Assembly: GCA_048013815.1 (NCBI GenBank)
Contig: CM106586.1
Coordinates: 20,584,001-20,648,000 of the forward strand
Reading direction: 5' to 3'
DNA: 64,000 nt
Source of the DNA: Setoptus koraiensis
Lineage: Eukaryota > Animalia > Arthropoda
The stretch's first letter is position 1, and every line of letters starts with the position of its first letter. Below the pieces are notes generated by a model. That model did not search any database and was not told the origin of the DNA. It saw only the letters and a program-made list of their open reading frames with translations. Position numbers and translations under genes: made by a program. Of this stretch, positions 53,067 through 64,000 are shown one piece after another.

Positions 53067-54871
53067 CTTGCGACGCGCCGACGAACGCACAAACGACTCG
53101 CTGATGGCCGCTCCGGCGAGCCGCGTGCGTCTCGGCGCTACGTGTTATTGGCTGGCCGGCCCGTGGCACATTGAACGGGCCAGAGTGGAGCAGAACAGAG
53201 GAGGCGGCAGCGCCAGAAAAGAAGCTCGACAAGAAGCCAATTGGCAGCGCAAGCCAAAAGAAGCCAACGCAGCGCCAATAAACAAGCACAGGAAATGAAC
53301 AGGGAGCGCCTGCGAAGGCCAGCGAAATAGGAAATGAGGCCCATAATTATAACTAGTCTGGCTGCTGTTTTGTATTGTGTATTGTGATCACACACACACA
53401 CACACTTGGGCCCCAAATGGGCGCCGCCTCCGAGACGCCAGCAAATGGCAGCCGTTGGTCGGATATACGGCGCATATAGAGCGCGCTGTGCGCGTTATAT
53501 CGGCCGTATTGGCCGCTGGCCGGTGCAGTTTGGCTCGGTCTGGCCGCGGATATTGTTTTCATGTACAGCTATTTACGCTTTTATATGTGCGCTGGCCGCT
53601 GGTCTTATGCGAAATTCACATTGTGCATCGGCGGCCCGACAGCGGCCCGACTGCGGCCCGAGCGGGCGCGCCGGGCAAAGGGGCGGCAAAAGAGGCGACA
53701 CGAACGGTCGTTGGCGAGCGGCGGGCGCCATTTGGCCGCTGTCAGGTGCGGCCAATCACATCCGAGGGCCGCGTTTGTGCGCCCATATCGGCTAATGGCG
53801 ATCGACAGTGAGCGACCGGCCAATCGGGCGCCCGATTGGCCGGTAATCAACAGGAGATCGAGGGGCGCAAGCGCACTCGCTCGCCCGGGCCGTTTATTAT
53901 TGCGTCGAGCGACATAATAAGCGCGCAAATAATGGCCAAATAAATGAACGAACGGGCCGGGTATTTATTTTTGGCCCGATGATAGCCATCTTGTGCGCGT
54001 CTGTGTGGGCGCTATATTTTATTTATTCAATGGGGGGCGCTGGTGGCGCGCGGCCGTTTTGTAGTCACAACACCAATTGAAACAAACAAACAAAACAAGA
54101 CGACACAAAATGTTGTCTCAATTGCATCCAGCGGACAGCGGCGGCGGCGGCGGCAACGGCGGCAACAGCGGCGCCAGTTATCAGCGCCGGCAAGCCAGCG
54201 CTTGGCAAGCTGGCTCGCCAAGCGTTTAGATGGATTGAGCGCGAGTTGTTACATAAGCGAGAGACAGCAGATAATTCAACTAGGCCCACACAACGGCGAC
54301 AGCGCGCTGCAAACAAAGCCTTCATAAAGCGTCCCCCTCTAAAATAGTCGTTTAAAATAGTCGTGCAACTGTGCTGTCTGTTGCAACGACGGTTTTAAAA
54401 ATAGAGCCCTAGCTGGGCACCCAACACGATGTAGGCCCATGGTGTGGGCCGTCTAATGTGCGCCATTGCGCGCTGCAATATTTGTCTTGGTTGTCGACGA
54501 GTGTCGCTTTCACTGGCCCATTTCGCTGGCTTGCCAAGTCGCTTGCCAGCTTGCTGCTGGCTGCTGGCTAGATAAAGGCTCGACTTAACAACAACAGTTC
54601 ATTGGCTCACTGCGAAACGGGGCCACTGCGCGCCACTATATGCCGACTATATGGCGCCACCATGGTTACCACTAGATGGCCGCACCAACCACGACGAGTC
54701 CCTCAGCGAAACTGGGGCCCCAGACTGAAACTAAGGTCTGAAATTGCAGCAGCAGCGCCGACAACAGCAGTTGAAGTCGTCACAGTGGCGCGACACGCCG
54801 ACGACAGGGCGCAACGAATCGCATAATACGATCAGATTATAAAGTTGGCGCCAAAACGGCCAGTCTGTCTA

Positions 54872-54932
54872 TAGCCGCTATAGTGTAGCCGCTAGAGTCT
54901 AGCCGCTAGACTCTAGCCGCTAGACTCTAGCG
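54872..54932. repeat. 14-bp tandem repeat (TAGCCGCTAGACTC variants)
   Basis: About 4 copies. Confidence 0.85.
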
Positions 54933-56886
54933 ACCACTGCGCCACTAGCGACTGTGGCGCACGCTGCAGGCACTATAGCCGCTATAGTATAGCGACCGCG
55001 GCGCAGGCTGCGCGCATCGGGCCGCCGCGACAGTCGGGCACTTAGATTGGCGTTAACAATGTCACACAGCGACACAATCACAAACACGGGTAGTTGTGGT
55101 GATGGCGTCTGCTGCTCGCTAACAACCATTTGAGCGAGAATTGTCTATGCCAAATGGTGGCCGGGCGACTCGCGAACGGCGCTATGCGCCCTGCGACGAT
55201 CGCGCGCGCTCCGCGCCAAGCGTGCCAATCGTGCCAATTGTACACTCGCGGGCCCACGCTGCCAAGTTGGCCCGACGCTTCTGAGCGCCCCTGCGCGCCT
55301 CTATGCTTTTCTGGGGGCCTCTGAGCGCCTCTATGAGCTTCGGAGCGCCTCTGCGCGGCGCCGTGCGCCGCTGTGCACCTCTGTGCGCCACTGTTCGCCG
55401 CCACCAGTGAAGCGACTGGCATCCAGACGCAAACAGCTGACGAGATTGGCAAGTCGGCCATACTATCCGCACACTGCGGCAGCCACAGTGCCAACAGTTT
55501 GCGAACAGTTTGCGAACAGTCTGCGCACAGTCTGCGCTACGGGCCACAGTGCGGCGAGCGGCACAGTGCGGGCACAGGGCCCCTGTGATAGGGGCGCAGA
55601 GGCCCGAAGTTGTTTGCGCCGACAATTGCGCAGCTTGAATAACATTACAAACAGTGGCGACTGGCACGCCATACAAACGGGCTCGGCCCGTGGGCGCTGT
55701 AAGACGCATGGCGCCCATTTATCAGCGCCATTCCATCTAATTATCTTGATTTGATTTGCTTTGAGCCAATCGGATTGTCGGCGCCTCGCTTGCCAATCTA
55801 ATCCGGTGATATTATCTATCGCTGGCTTGCGCGCCATGCCGCCATTACTATATTATCTGGCTAGCTTGCTTGTGGGGCCGCAGGACGTTTAAGTGGGCTC
55901 ATTGGGTCGCTGCAAACATGAGCCGAGCCAGCATAAGTGTGCGCACTCATCAAGCTCTTATTTTCTTCTCTCTCTCTCTCTGTGGCCAGTATTGTGTTTC
56001 GGCTGGCCGCCGTGTGGGCCCCAGCGGCTGGTCACTGGATCTGGCGCCCAGCGAGCCTTTGTTTAAACATGTTTATACGCGCCACGTCTCTATATATAAA
56101 CCCGCGACACCCGGGCCGGCCGGCCGTCCGCACCAGCCGACTAGCCAGCCAGGCGTGCCGTCGCCTGGCGCGCGCACTGGACACAAACCGATGCAACCGA
56201 GGCCCCTCACACGCAGGGGCCCCACACGCGCAGGGGCCCCCCACACACGGAGCTGGCCGCTGTTGCCAATCTTATCCCAATCATTCCAAAACAACTGGCC
56301 CTGATCGGCGCCCATCTGGCCGTTGTAGCGCTACCAGAATAAGGGCTCGCTGGCGCCCCCTCCAAATGACACACACAAGTGGCTCGCCGGCTCGTGCACA
56401 GCGCGCGCTGGCGAGCTCGCCAGCGCGAAACTCGTCGTCTCATTAACATAATCATCATCTTATTGATTGCGAATCAATACCAGACACTTGTGCCCGTTAT
56501 ACCCTGCGTGCTATACTGTGCCGAGTGGGCGCGCTATTTGGCGCGCCATGTTGCATTGCGTTGCGTCGCGTTACATGGGCCGCCGTCGACACTTGCGCCG
56601 CCACAATGACGGGTTGACGGCGCACCGACGGGCCGGCAAGTGCGCACTTGTTCGCGGGTACCTACCCGACTCACAAGCGCGCACAACGCGTTGATATTGT
56701 GCCACTTTGCATGGTCTAGACAGATCTGTCTTATCGCCGCCAGCTAACAGTTGGTGCATTAAGTGCAACTGCAACATCGACTGGCCGCAGCAACGACTAC
56801 GCCGGCCACAACAACGACTCCGCGGGCCGCAGAACAATGGCGGCCCGCACAGCTGCTCGTTAATAAGCTCTTATCGCCTGATCGCA

Positions 56887-56950
56887 CGCACTCACCTGTC
56901 CTGACCGCTGCATTGTGCGGCCATAGCGGCCGGCCGGACAGGTGAGTGCG
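56887..56950. ncRNA. 64-nt fold-back with perfect 15-bp terminal stem (candidate pre-miRNA or splice-regulating stem)
   Basis: CGCACTCACCTGTCC (56887-56901) is the exact reverse complement of GGACAGGTGAGTGCG (56936-56950); inner CCGCT/AGCGG pairing extends the stem. Confidence 0.25.
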
Positions 56951-57349
56951 CATTGTCGCATTGGCTAGACTGACTAATTCTAATCTGTCATTGTATTTTT
57001 GCGCGCACTCGCTCGCTCGTTTCCATTGTTGGCGGAAGTGACTTTGTGCAACAATAACAAGCAGCGACTTGTGAGTGAACTATGGGTGTGCGTCAATTTA
57101 GCCGACGAGCGCCATGCACAACCGCATTCGATGTATTGGCCGGCGTAGTTGGCGCCCGACTGCGCCCTCTGGCTCGCTGCAGTGCCGGCCACAATACCCA
57201 AGGGTATTGTGAGTATTGTGCGGCCCACAACACTCAGTGCGGGCTTTCGGCGGTGCCGGGCTCTCGGCGAGTGTCTGGTTCGCGCACTGGCCCGAGCTTT
57301 GGGCGGGCTGCGGCACAATTGTGTGGGCTCGCCCAACGCTCAGGCCCGG

Positions 57350-57480
57350 AGCAGCGGCAACCACAACGACAACAACGGCAACAACAACAGCGACGGCAAC
57401 AACAACAGCGACGGCAACAACAACAGCGACGGCAACAACGGCAACAACAGCAACAACAACGGCAACAACCACGAGCAAGA
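57350..57480. repeat. Degenerate (AAC/AGC/GAC/GGC) triplet repeat with a 15-bp sub-period
   Basis: gacggcaacaacaacagc repeated; stop-free in all three plus-strand frames. Confidence 0.88.
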
Positions 57481-58951
57481 AAAGAAAGAAACAGCGAATG
57501 TAAACAGACACTTGTTTTCGTCTTGCACACAACAGCAGCTCATTATGTAATCCATCTAAATTGATGGAGCCAATATCAATCGCTGGCTGGCTGTGTGTGT
57601 TTACGTCATCATTACGTGCCTAACATGATGAATATGTATGTATAAAATACTACAACAACCTACCAGACGCTACTGATTCCTCGGCTGGCGAGCTGCTCAC
57701 GCTGGCGCCTCTTATTAGCAGCCAGCAAACTAGCCGGGCGCCCCACGACAGCGACAACAGCGACAACAACGACAACAGCGACAACAACGGCAACAGCGAC
57801 AACAACGACAACAACGCAACAACGGCAACAATATAAGCCAAGTTTGTGCGCGACCCCCGACAACGACGACGCCGACAACGACGACGCCGACCACGACAAC
57901 GCCAATAACCCACCCACTACAACGCGCCGACAGTGACAACCGACAGAGGCACCGACGATGGTGATCATGATGAATCATTATGCCCATATATCAACTATTT
58001 GCTTTTATCGTCATCATCGGCTGCATCGTTTCGGGCGCTGGCGCTCTGGTTGCGGGTGCTCGCCGCAAGTCGGTCAAGTGTTACACGCGCTCAATGACTA
58101 ATGCGCGCGCGCTTGCCGCGCGCGTTTGTTGCCGCCGGGCGGCCGCTCAATCGGAACAGCGGCGGCGGCGGCACAACAGGGCGACGCATAGCGGCACACA
58201 GCGGCACGGGCCGTCGGGCGGCCACTTGATGGCACTTGTTTCTTGCCGAAACTCGAGCATTGTTGCATGATTGACTATGGGCGCGCGAGTGGGTCCGCCG
58301 TGCGGCCCGCGCTCGGGCCGGCGCGCCGGCCCGACGCGCTAATCGGCTGCAGGCTGCTGCCACGTAGCCGGCGTTGCGCAATACATTATGCAGCATACAG
58401 CATAGCCTAGTATGCACATGACACACACACACACACACATAGATATATATACGCAAGTATTACGCAATGCATTTACGCAAGTATTGCGCAATGTATATAG
58501 TTGGTGTTGCGCGCAAGGCGCCTACACGTCCTATTACGTTATTACGGCAACGTTATTACGTAATACACGACGTATACACACAATGTAAAAGTTATGTTGT
58601 GCGTGTGTGTGTGTGTGTGTGTTGAGCAATTCAGGTCATTGGCGCGCTTGCCGGAGCTGGCTACACAGTTCATTGGCGAAGAATAGTGTTCGCGATTGGT
58701 GTTTGGATAGTGGCACGAATCAATCAATGGCCCGGCGCACAAACAAAGGATAAAACGCGCGCGCGACGCGCAACCGAGCTAGCGGAACAGGAAAAAATCG
58801 CGCCAGCGCCAGCGTTGCGGCACAAAGAATAAGGAACAAATTTAAATGTTGCCGTTGTGGTTGTCAAAGTCGATGTTGTCACACACATTGTTGTTGTTGT
58901 TGTCGTTGTTGTTGTTGCTGTTGTTGTTGTCGTTGCGCGACTGTGTGTCAG

Positions 58952-59146
58952 GCGCTGCCAACGACGCTGTCTCAGCCAGCCAGCGGGAAGCTCGCCAATG
59001 GCTCGCCCGTGGCAGGCCCGCGCGCCACAAAGCGGCCAAAGGAACGAGCTCGCCAGCGCGAGTTGCACAATTCAAATGATGATGATGATGATGATCAAAT
59101 CCGTTTCGCGCAACGCGCACTATCATCGTCTCGGCGCGCCACTCAG
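58952..59146 (+). CDS. Candidate phase 0-0 coding exon (ALPTTLSQPASGK...HNSNDDDDDDQIRFAQRALSSSRRATQ)
   Basis: tgtgtgtCAG acceptor, CAG|GTGAGC donor, exactly 195 nt open, disordered-protein-like composition; no homology recognised. Confidence 0.22.
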
Positions 59147-59466
59147 GTGAGCCGCTGCCGCTGCCGCCGCCACTGATCCCAGATAGATCCACATATCTGA
59201 CACAATACAGTGCACGTAAGTGGCCTGCAATTCGCACACTGTCGCGCACAACACGTGCACGCGGCTACAACGCGTGCCACGAGCTGAGTTATCTGCTGCT
59301 GTCAATGGGGCGCTGCTGCTGGCGCAACCATGCTCAGATATGTGACTGTCGGTGTCGTTTATACTGTTGCCGTGGCTGTCGCTGCTGTCATTGGCGTGGG
59401 CACAGGTGTAGCTCACAATATTTAGTGCCTGTTACGACTGCAACAACCCGCTGTAACGGTTTGCAG

Positions 59467-59487
59467 CGGCAACAACAACAACAACGA

Positions 59488-59519
<32 letters not shown>

Positions 59520-59964
59520 ACAACAGCAACAACAACAACAGCAACAACAACAGAAACGACGACGACGACGGGCCTCTATAGCGACCCGTAATGCTGTCGC
59601 GCAACGGAACAGCGGCCAGCCGCCAGGGATAAAACCCGACGCGACATTATGCAACTATAAAGATATACGAAGCAGCATAACTTGGGGCTCGCGCTGGGCC
59701 CGTCTAGCCGTCTCGTTCGGCCAAGCTGGCCGCATAAGATGGTCAAACCTTGACCAAGTTACCCTCGCGCGCCGGCATGGATATCCACGCTGCAATTTTG
59801 TTGTACGAACGAATCTTGGATTCACAAGTTCAAACAGCCATGGGTGTGCTAAAATGATACATGATTCACATTGCCAGACATTTTTGATCGTGCGCACATA
59901 TCCGTCCATGAATTCTAGGCACAACATGCATCGTGATATCCAGATGTGTCAAATTCATCAATGA
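59467..59964 (+). CDS. Candidate terminal exon: poly-Q, KRRRRRAS, then about 120 aa of non-repetitive Cys/Trp-containing sequence
   Basis: Part of ORF 59305..59964; the TTTGCAG acceptor at 59466 is in phase with the 58952-59146 exon; only the Gln frame stays open through the repeat; no family recognised. Confidence 0.2.
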
Positions 59965-62900
59965 ATAAATCGAGTTCATCGAATTCACAAATGAATCCAT
60001 AGTGACCAGCGAATGAATTGCGCTCGGCTGTTGTGTGACACGTTGATTATTCCGCTAATTCATGAATGAATCAGCGATGAATGAGTCTCCGTTCGACAGA
60101 TGGTGTCTCGTATAAATCGTAAACACAATGCCGATGGATATCCAATTCTAAATCCACGTATCCAGCGATGAATCGATGAGCCGGAATTGGTGCGATTTTT
60201 AAATTAAAACACGCACCAGCGCTCGATATTCACACACAAATATCGAGGATACTCGTGTCATCGAGGATGGGGCCATCCAATGGATCCACTCATGTTTGTA
60301 TAATCGGGCGACTGCTCACGAGAGTGGCGTGTTTAGCAATGCTGATGGGTCGCTTGGCGATTGAGCCAGCGACGAGCTCGCCAGAACTGGCCGCTCTCAA
60401 AACGAGTCGCGAGCTATTCGGCCGGCGCGCCCAGGTATCGCCTGTGGGCTCGATACGTGGTACCGGCTCTATGCGCATTAGGCGCGAGAGGGCGCCGAGA
60501 TCGAAAATCATTACATAACATAGTACTTAGGAGTGCTCATCGGAATTCAATCGGAGTGGCAAGTGAATGGATCGAGTCGACAATTGACACAAGCGGGCGC
60601 GCCGATCGATAATGGGCATCATTAGGCGGTCCACCGGATCGATATTCACAGGTGAACGGGCGACGGGATGATTTGTGTGTTTGATGGTGGCCGAAGGTGG
60701 CGAAAGTGGTGCCGTTGCCGCCGCCGCCGCCGGAATGGATGCCGCCGCCTTCGAGAGTGGGCCCCATTGAGTGACCCCGCTTGCGCGCACTAATGCCATT
60801 CATCGGTCAATAGTCTTGCCGGGCCGGCTTGCGAGTGGCGGCCAGTCGGGCAGGTGCATTCATTATGCAACGAGCCAGTACGTGTGCCAGTGCCAATGTG
60901 CGCTGGCGTTGGCTTGTGTGCCAATGGGGCCCCACGAGCTAGCGAGCGAGCGAGCGCGCCACGAGCTGTCACGAGAGACCGAGAGAGAAATAATAGCCGG
61001 GCCCCAATTGTTGTCTCTGTCGGTGTGGGGGCGCTGTTTTGCGTGCGCTCATAGAGATGTCACCTCGGATTGATTTATATGACCGTTGCCACTCTCGTGC
61101 CACCATATGCACTTATAGGCAATTGAATTCGATTATGAAAATTGATGATTTGCGCCCGCCCGCTCGTCCGATATCGAGGCAGCGGCGAGCAGCGCCCGGC
61201 TCTGTGCCGCCCGGCGCATGTGCCGGCACCCTGTTCAACATGGGGCCCGCTCTGTTTCTTCGAACAACACTTATCTTTTGTCTCTGCTGGCACGTTTGCC
61301 GCTGGCACGTTTGCCGCTGGCCAGTGGCACTGGCGAAATGCGAGAATAATATAAATGCCTCGGCCAAGGCGCACAGTGGCCGCCGCGACAGACGGAAAAC
61401 GGATAGGCTTTCTGGGGCCGTCGTTGGCCGGCGCTGCCCTGGCCAAGTAGTGATAGACAGCGCCGAGAGAGGTCATTAATATTCAATGATGCACGGCTAC
61501 CATCTTGACTTTCGTTCGGGCGGCCGGCCGGCGCGCAATGTTTTTCGGCCACTTTAATCACGCCGTGGCCCGGCGCGGCCCGCCGTCGGCCCGCTCGCCG
61601 GGCCAGTCGGCGGAGTCACGCTGGGCCCGTAGGTTGAGTCTGGCACAGTGTCTGGCGCTAGAGCCAGACACTGGCGTGACTAGACTGCTTCGGTCCCGTG
61701 AGTGGGCAAGTCGCGAACGCACCTAGGCGCGGGCCCACAATCGCGCAATCCGACTGTCCGACTGTCGCAAGTGCCGGCTCGCCGCGACAGTCGGATTAAA
61801 CGCGCGCTCGCAGCACCAGACGGGCCCATTACTAGGCCGACACTAGATATCGCCGGGCCGGCGAACAACTAAGCGCTAGCCGACAGTGGTAAATAAATAA
61901 AGCGCGGCAATTCACGCGGCAAAAGATTATTATTTGTTTTGTTTGATATAATTTAAAAATTATCAGCCGCTCGCCAGGCGGCTCGCCAGTAAGCCCTGGA
62001 TAGTGTTTCCAGCGCGGCGCGCATAATATCGGGCTGTTTTTTGTTGCGGCCGGCGCCCTCTCGGGCGCGTCTTGGGCGCCGCTGTCTTCGGGCCGGCCGC
62101 TGGGCGCGTCCGCCGGGGCGGCTGCAGCGGCGGCGGTAATTCCTTATTAACCCAGTTATAGATTTGCCTCATTTCGCGCTGCCCAGTGCGCACGTTGTTT
62201 TTATCAAAAAAGCAACTACTTGTCGCCTGGCTACGCACAATTACCAAACACAAAGAAGCGACGGCGCCATAGGATCCGATTTGCGGTTTTGCGCCGGCCT
62301 CAATTGTCGCGCTCGCTCCAACGCCCTGTCCGGGGCCCGGCGGCCGGCCGCTCTGCGAGCCGCGCGCCACGACCAGTGCGCAGAGGAAATAAGACGCCTA
62401 ACAAGCTCGCCGCTGGGCCGCCCAGCCGGCGAAACGGGCCCGTCTTGGCGGATATTTTTCACTCTGTCTCGGGCCCATTGCTGCTCATTAAGTTGGCGCT
62501 GGTTCGCGTGCTTAATCGCGTAGAAACGCGACAACACGCCGCCGCAACCGGCAAAGGCGGCAACAGCGCGCCACCGTGAGCGATATATGGAGTGCGAGCA
62601 CACAAGCAGATAGCGCCCCCGACGAGCGTAATGGGCGCCCGCAGCTCGTTGCTGGAGCGAAAGGAAGTCGCCGGAGCGTCTGGGCGTGCGGTGGCCGCTC
62701 TCGGCGGCGCTCGGATGCACGAGAACGCGTCGCGGGGCCCAGCGGAACGCGCAGGGCTCGCTGGCTGGCGGCGCAGGGCTCGCTGGCTGGCGACACGGCG
62801 CGGCCAGCGACAACATTGAGCGAGCGAGACAGAAATTGAGGCCAGATCGATAGCGCGCCGGATGTCAGTCGTTTCAAGTGGCGCCCACTCGGGCCGCGCT

Positions 62901-64000
62901 CACATGGCCGCTCGGACGACTGGCCGGCTGGCTGGCGGGCCGACCCGGGCCAAGAACAAGGGCGCCCAGCGGTAGCCTTGTCGCTCGTGTGCAACTTGCA
63001 CAGTGTAAGTGGGCGCGCTGGCCGCGACGGCGGGCGCACTATAGCGCCGTTCGCGACTCGCTAATGACCTATTGCCGTTGCCAGCAGCGGCGGCCGGGGC
63101 CAATTCCCGCTCTCTGCGTCTGCAACTTGCCCGGCCAGCCAGCCAGTCGGGCCGTCAGCCAGTCGGGCCGTCAGCCAGTCGGGCAGCGATTGCACAAGCG
63201 TGCGACTAGCGGCCAGGTGAGCACAGGTGAGCCAGTGCGCACGGCGGCGCCACTGCCGCGGCACGGCAGAGGCGTCTTTGCTTTTTGCGTTCCAGCGGGC
63301 TCAGCTTTTTTCCATATTGCACACACTATTTTTTTATCTCTTGTTTCAGCGCTACTCACGTTTGCGCTGCTACGCAACGTTACGTAACGTAACGCCGCGC
63401 TGGCATGCAGCTAGCGCGACGTTTAGCGTAATCTGGGGCGCGCGCGCGCGCGCGCCTCACACACAACACAAACAAACGATTGCAATCATGGAGCAATCAG
63501 AAGACGAGCCTGATCAGGCTGCCCTCCCCCCGTCCCCCCGCAACTGCCCGACTGTCACTTGCGCCCCACAGTCAGCTGACACGGGCGCCGCAATAGTGTG
63601 CGGCTGCAATAATTTCTTTTTGGGGCCCCTTTTCAATGGCTGGACAGGATTTATTGTAATTGCAGCTATTCCCGGCTGGCTGCCTGGCTGGCAATGAACA
63701 AGGTTGGCTGGTTTGTGTAAAACTGGCTGTTACGCAACCGTCTCGTGCTCGCTGTCTGCGCTCGCTGTTGGCGCTCATTGATTCGGCACAATCTCTGACA
63801 CATCAATTTACAATTTACAATTAAAATTACAATTTCAGCCCCCGCTCAAATCCCCGAGCTCATTCAGGTCACAGAGCAAGCTAACAACGCACGCCTCTGA
63901 CAACTCTGCCCATAGGACACCCGTTTGGGCACGACACCACCAACCAGACCCAATGGATATTCACTAACGCCGCATATCTAGCACTGGGCTGCATTTGAAT

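Noticed and set aside
61963-62370. RQIYNWVNK resembling a forkhead or homeodomain helix
   Set aside because: Isolated short match; the rest of either domain is absent.

Overview
This window is repeat-rich eukaryotic DNA that appears largely non-coding. I could not recognise any protein family, rRNA, tRNA, snRNA, CRISPR array or transposase. Most ORFs in the track are explained by high GC content and by stop-free CAA/CAG/CGA-type triplet repeats. An invertebrate animal is a weak guess from the style of the simple repeats and the TAAT-rich islands; the window looks like a long intron or a regulatory gene desert. The sequence directly supports dozens of micro- and minisatellites and a few low-confidence exon candidates (37.0-37.4 kb minus; 40.4-42.1 kb plus; 58.9-60.0 kb plus). 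The strongest unexplained signal is an excess of 10-bp bZIP-type sites: 15 perfect PAR-bZIP D-box matches and 20 C/EBP-type matches found by eye, against about 0.7 of each expected under uniform composition. These sites form clusters at 36.45-36.77 kb and 58.37-58.56 kb. Other leads are two pre-miRNA-sized fold-backs (49061-49113, and 56887-56950, whose arms are splice-donor consensus sequences), a multi-hairpin island at 31.26-31.60 kb, several near-perfect palindromes, and a minisatellite whose two unit types differ by a palindrome-preserving double substitution.
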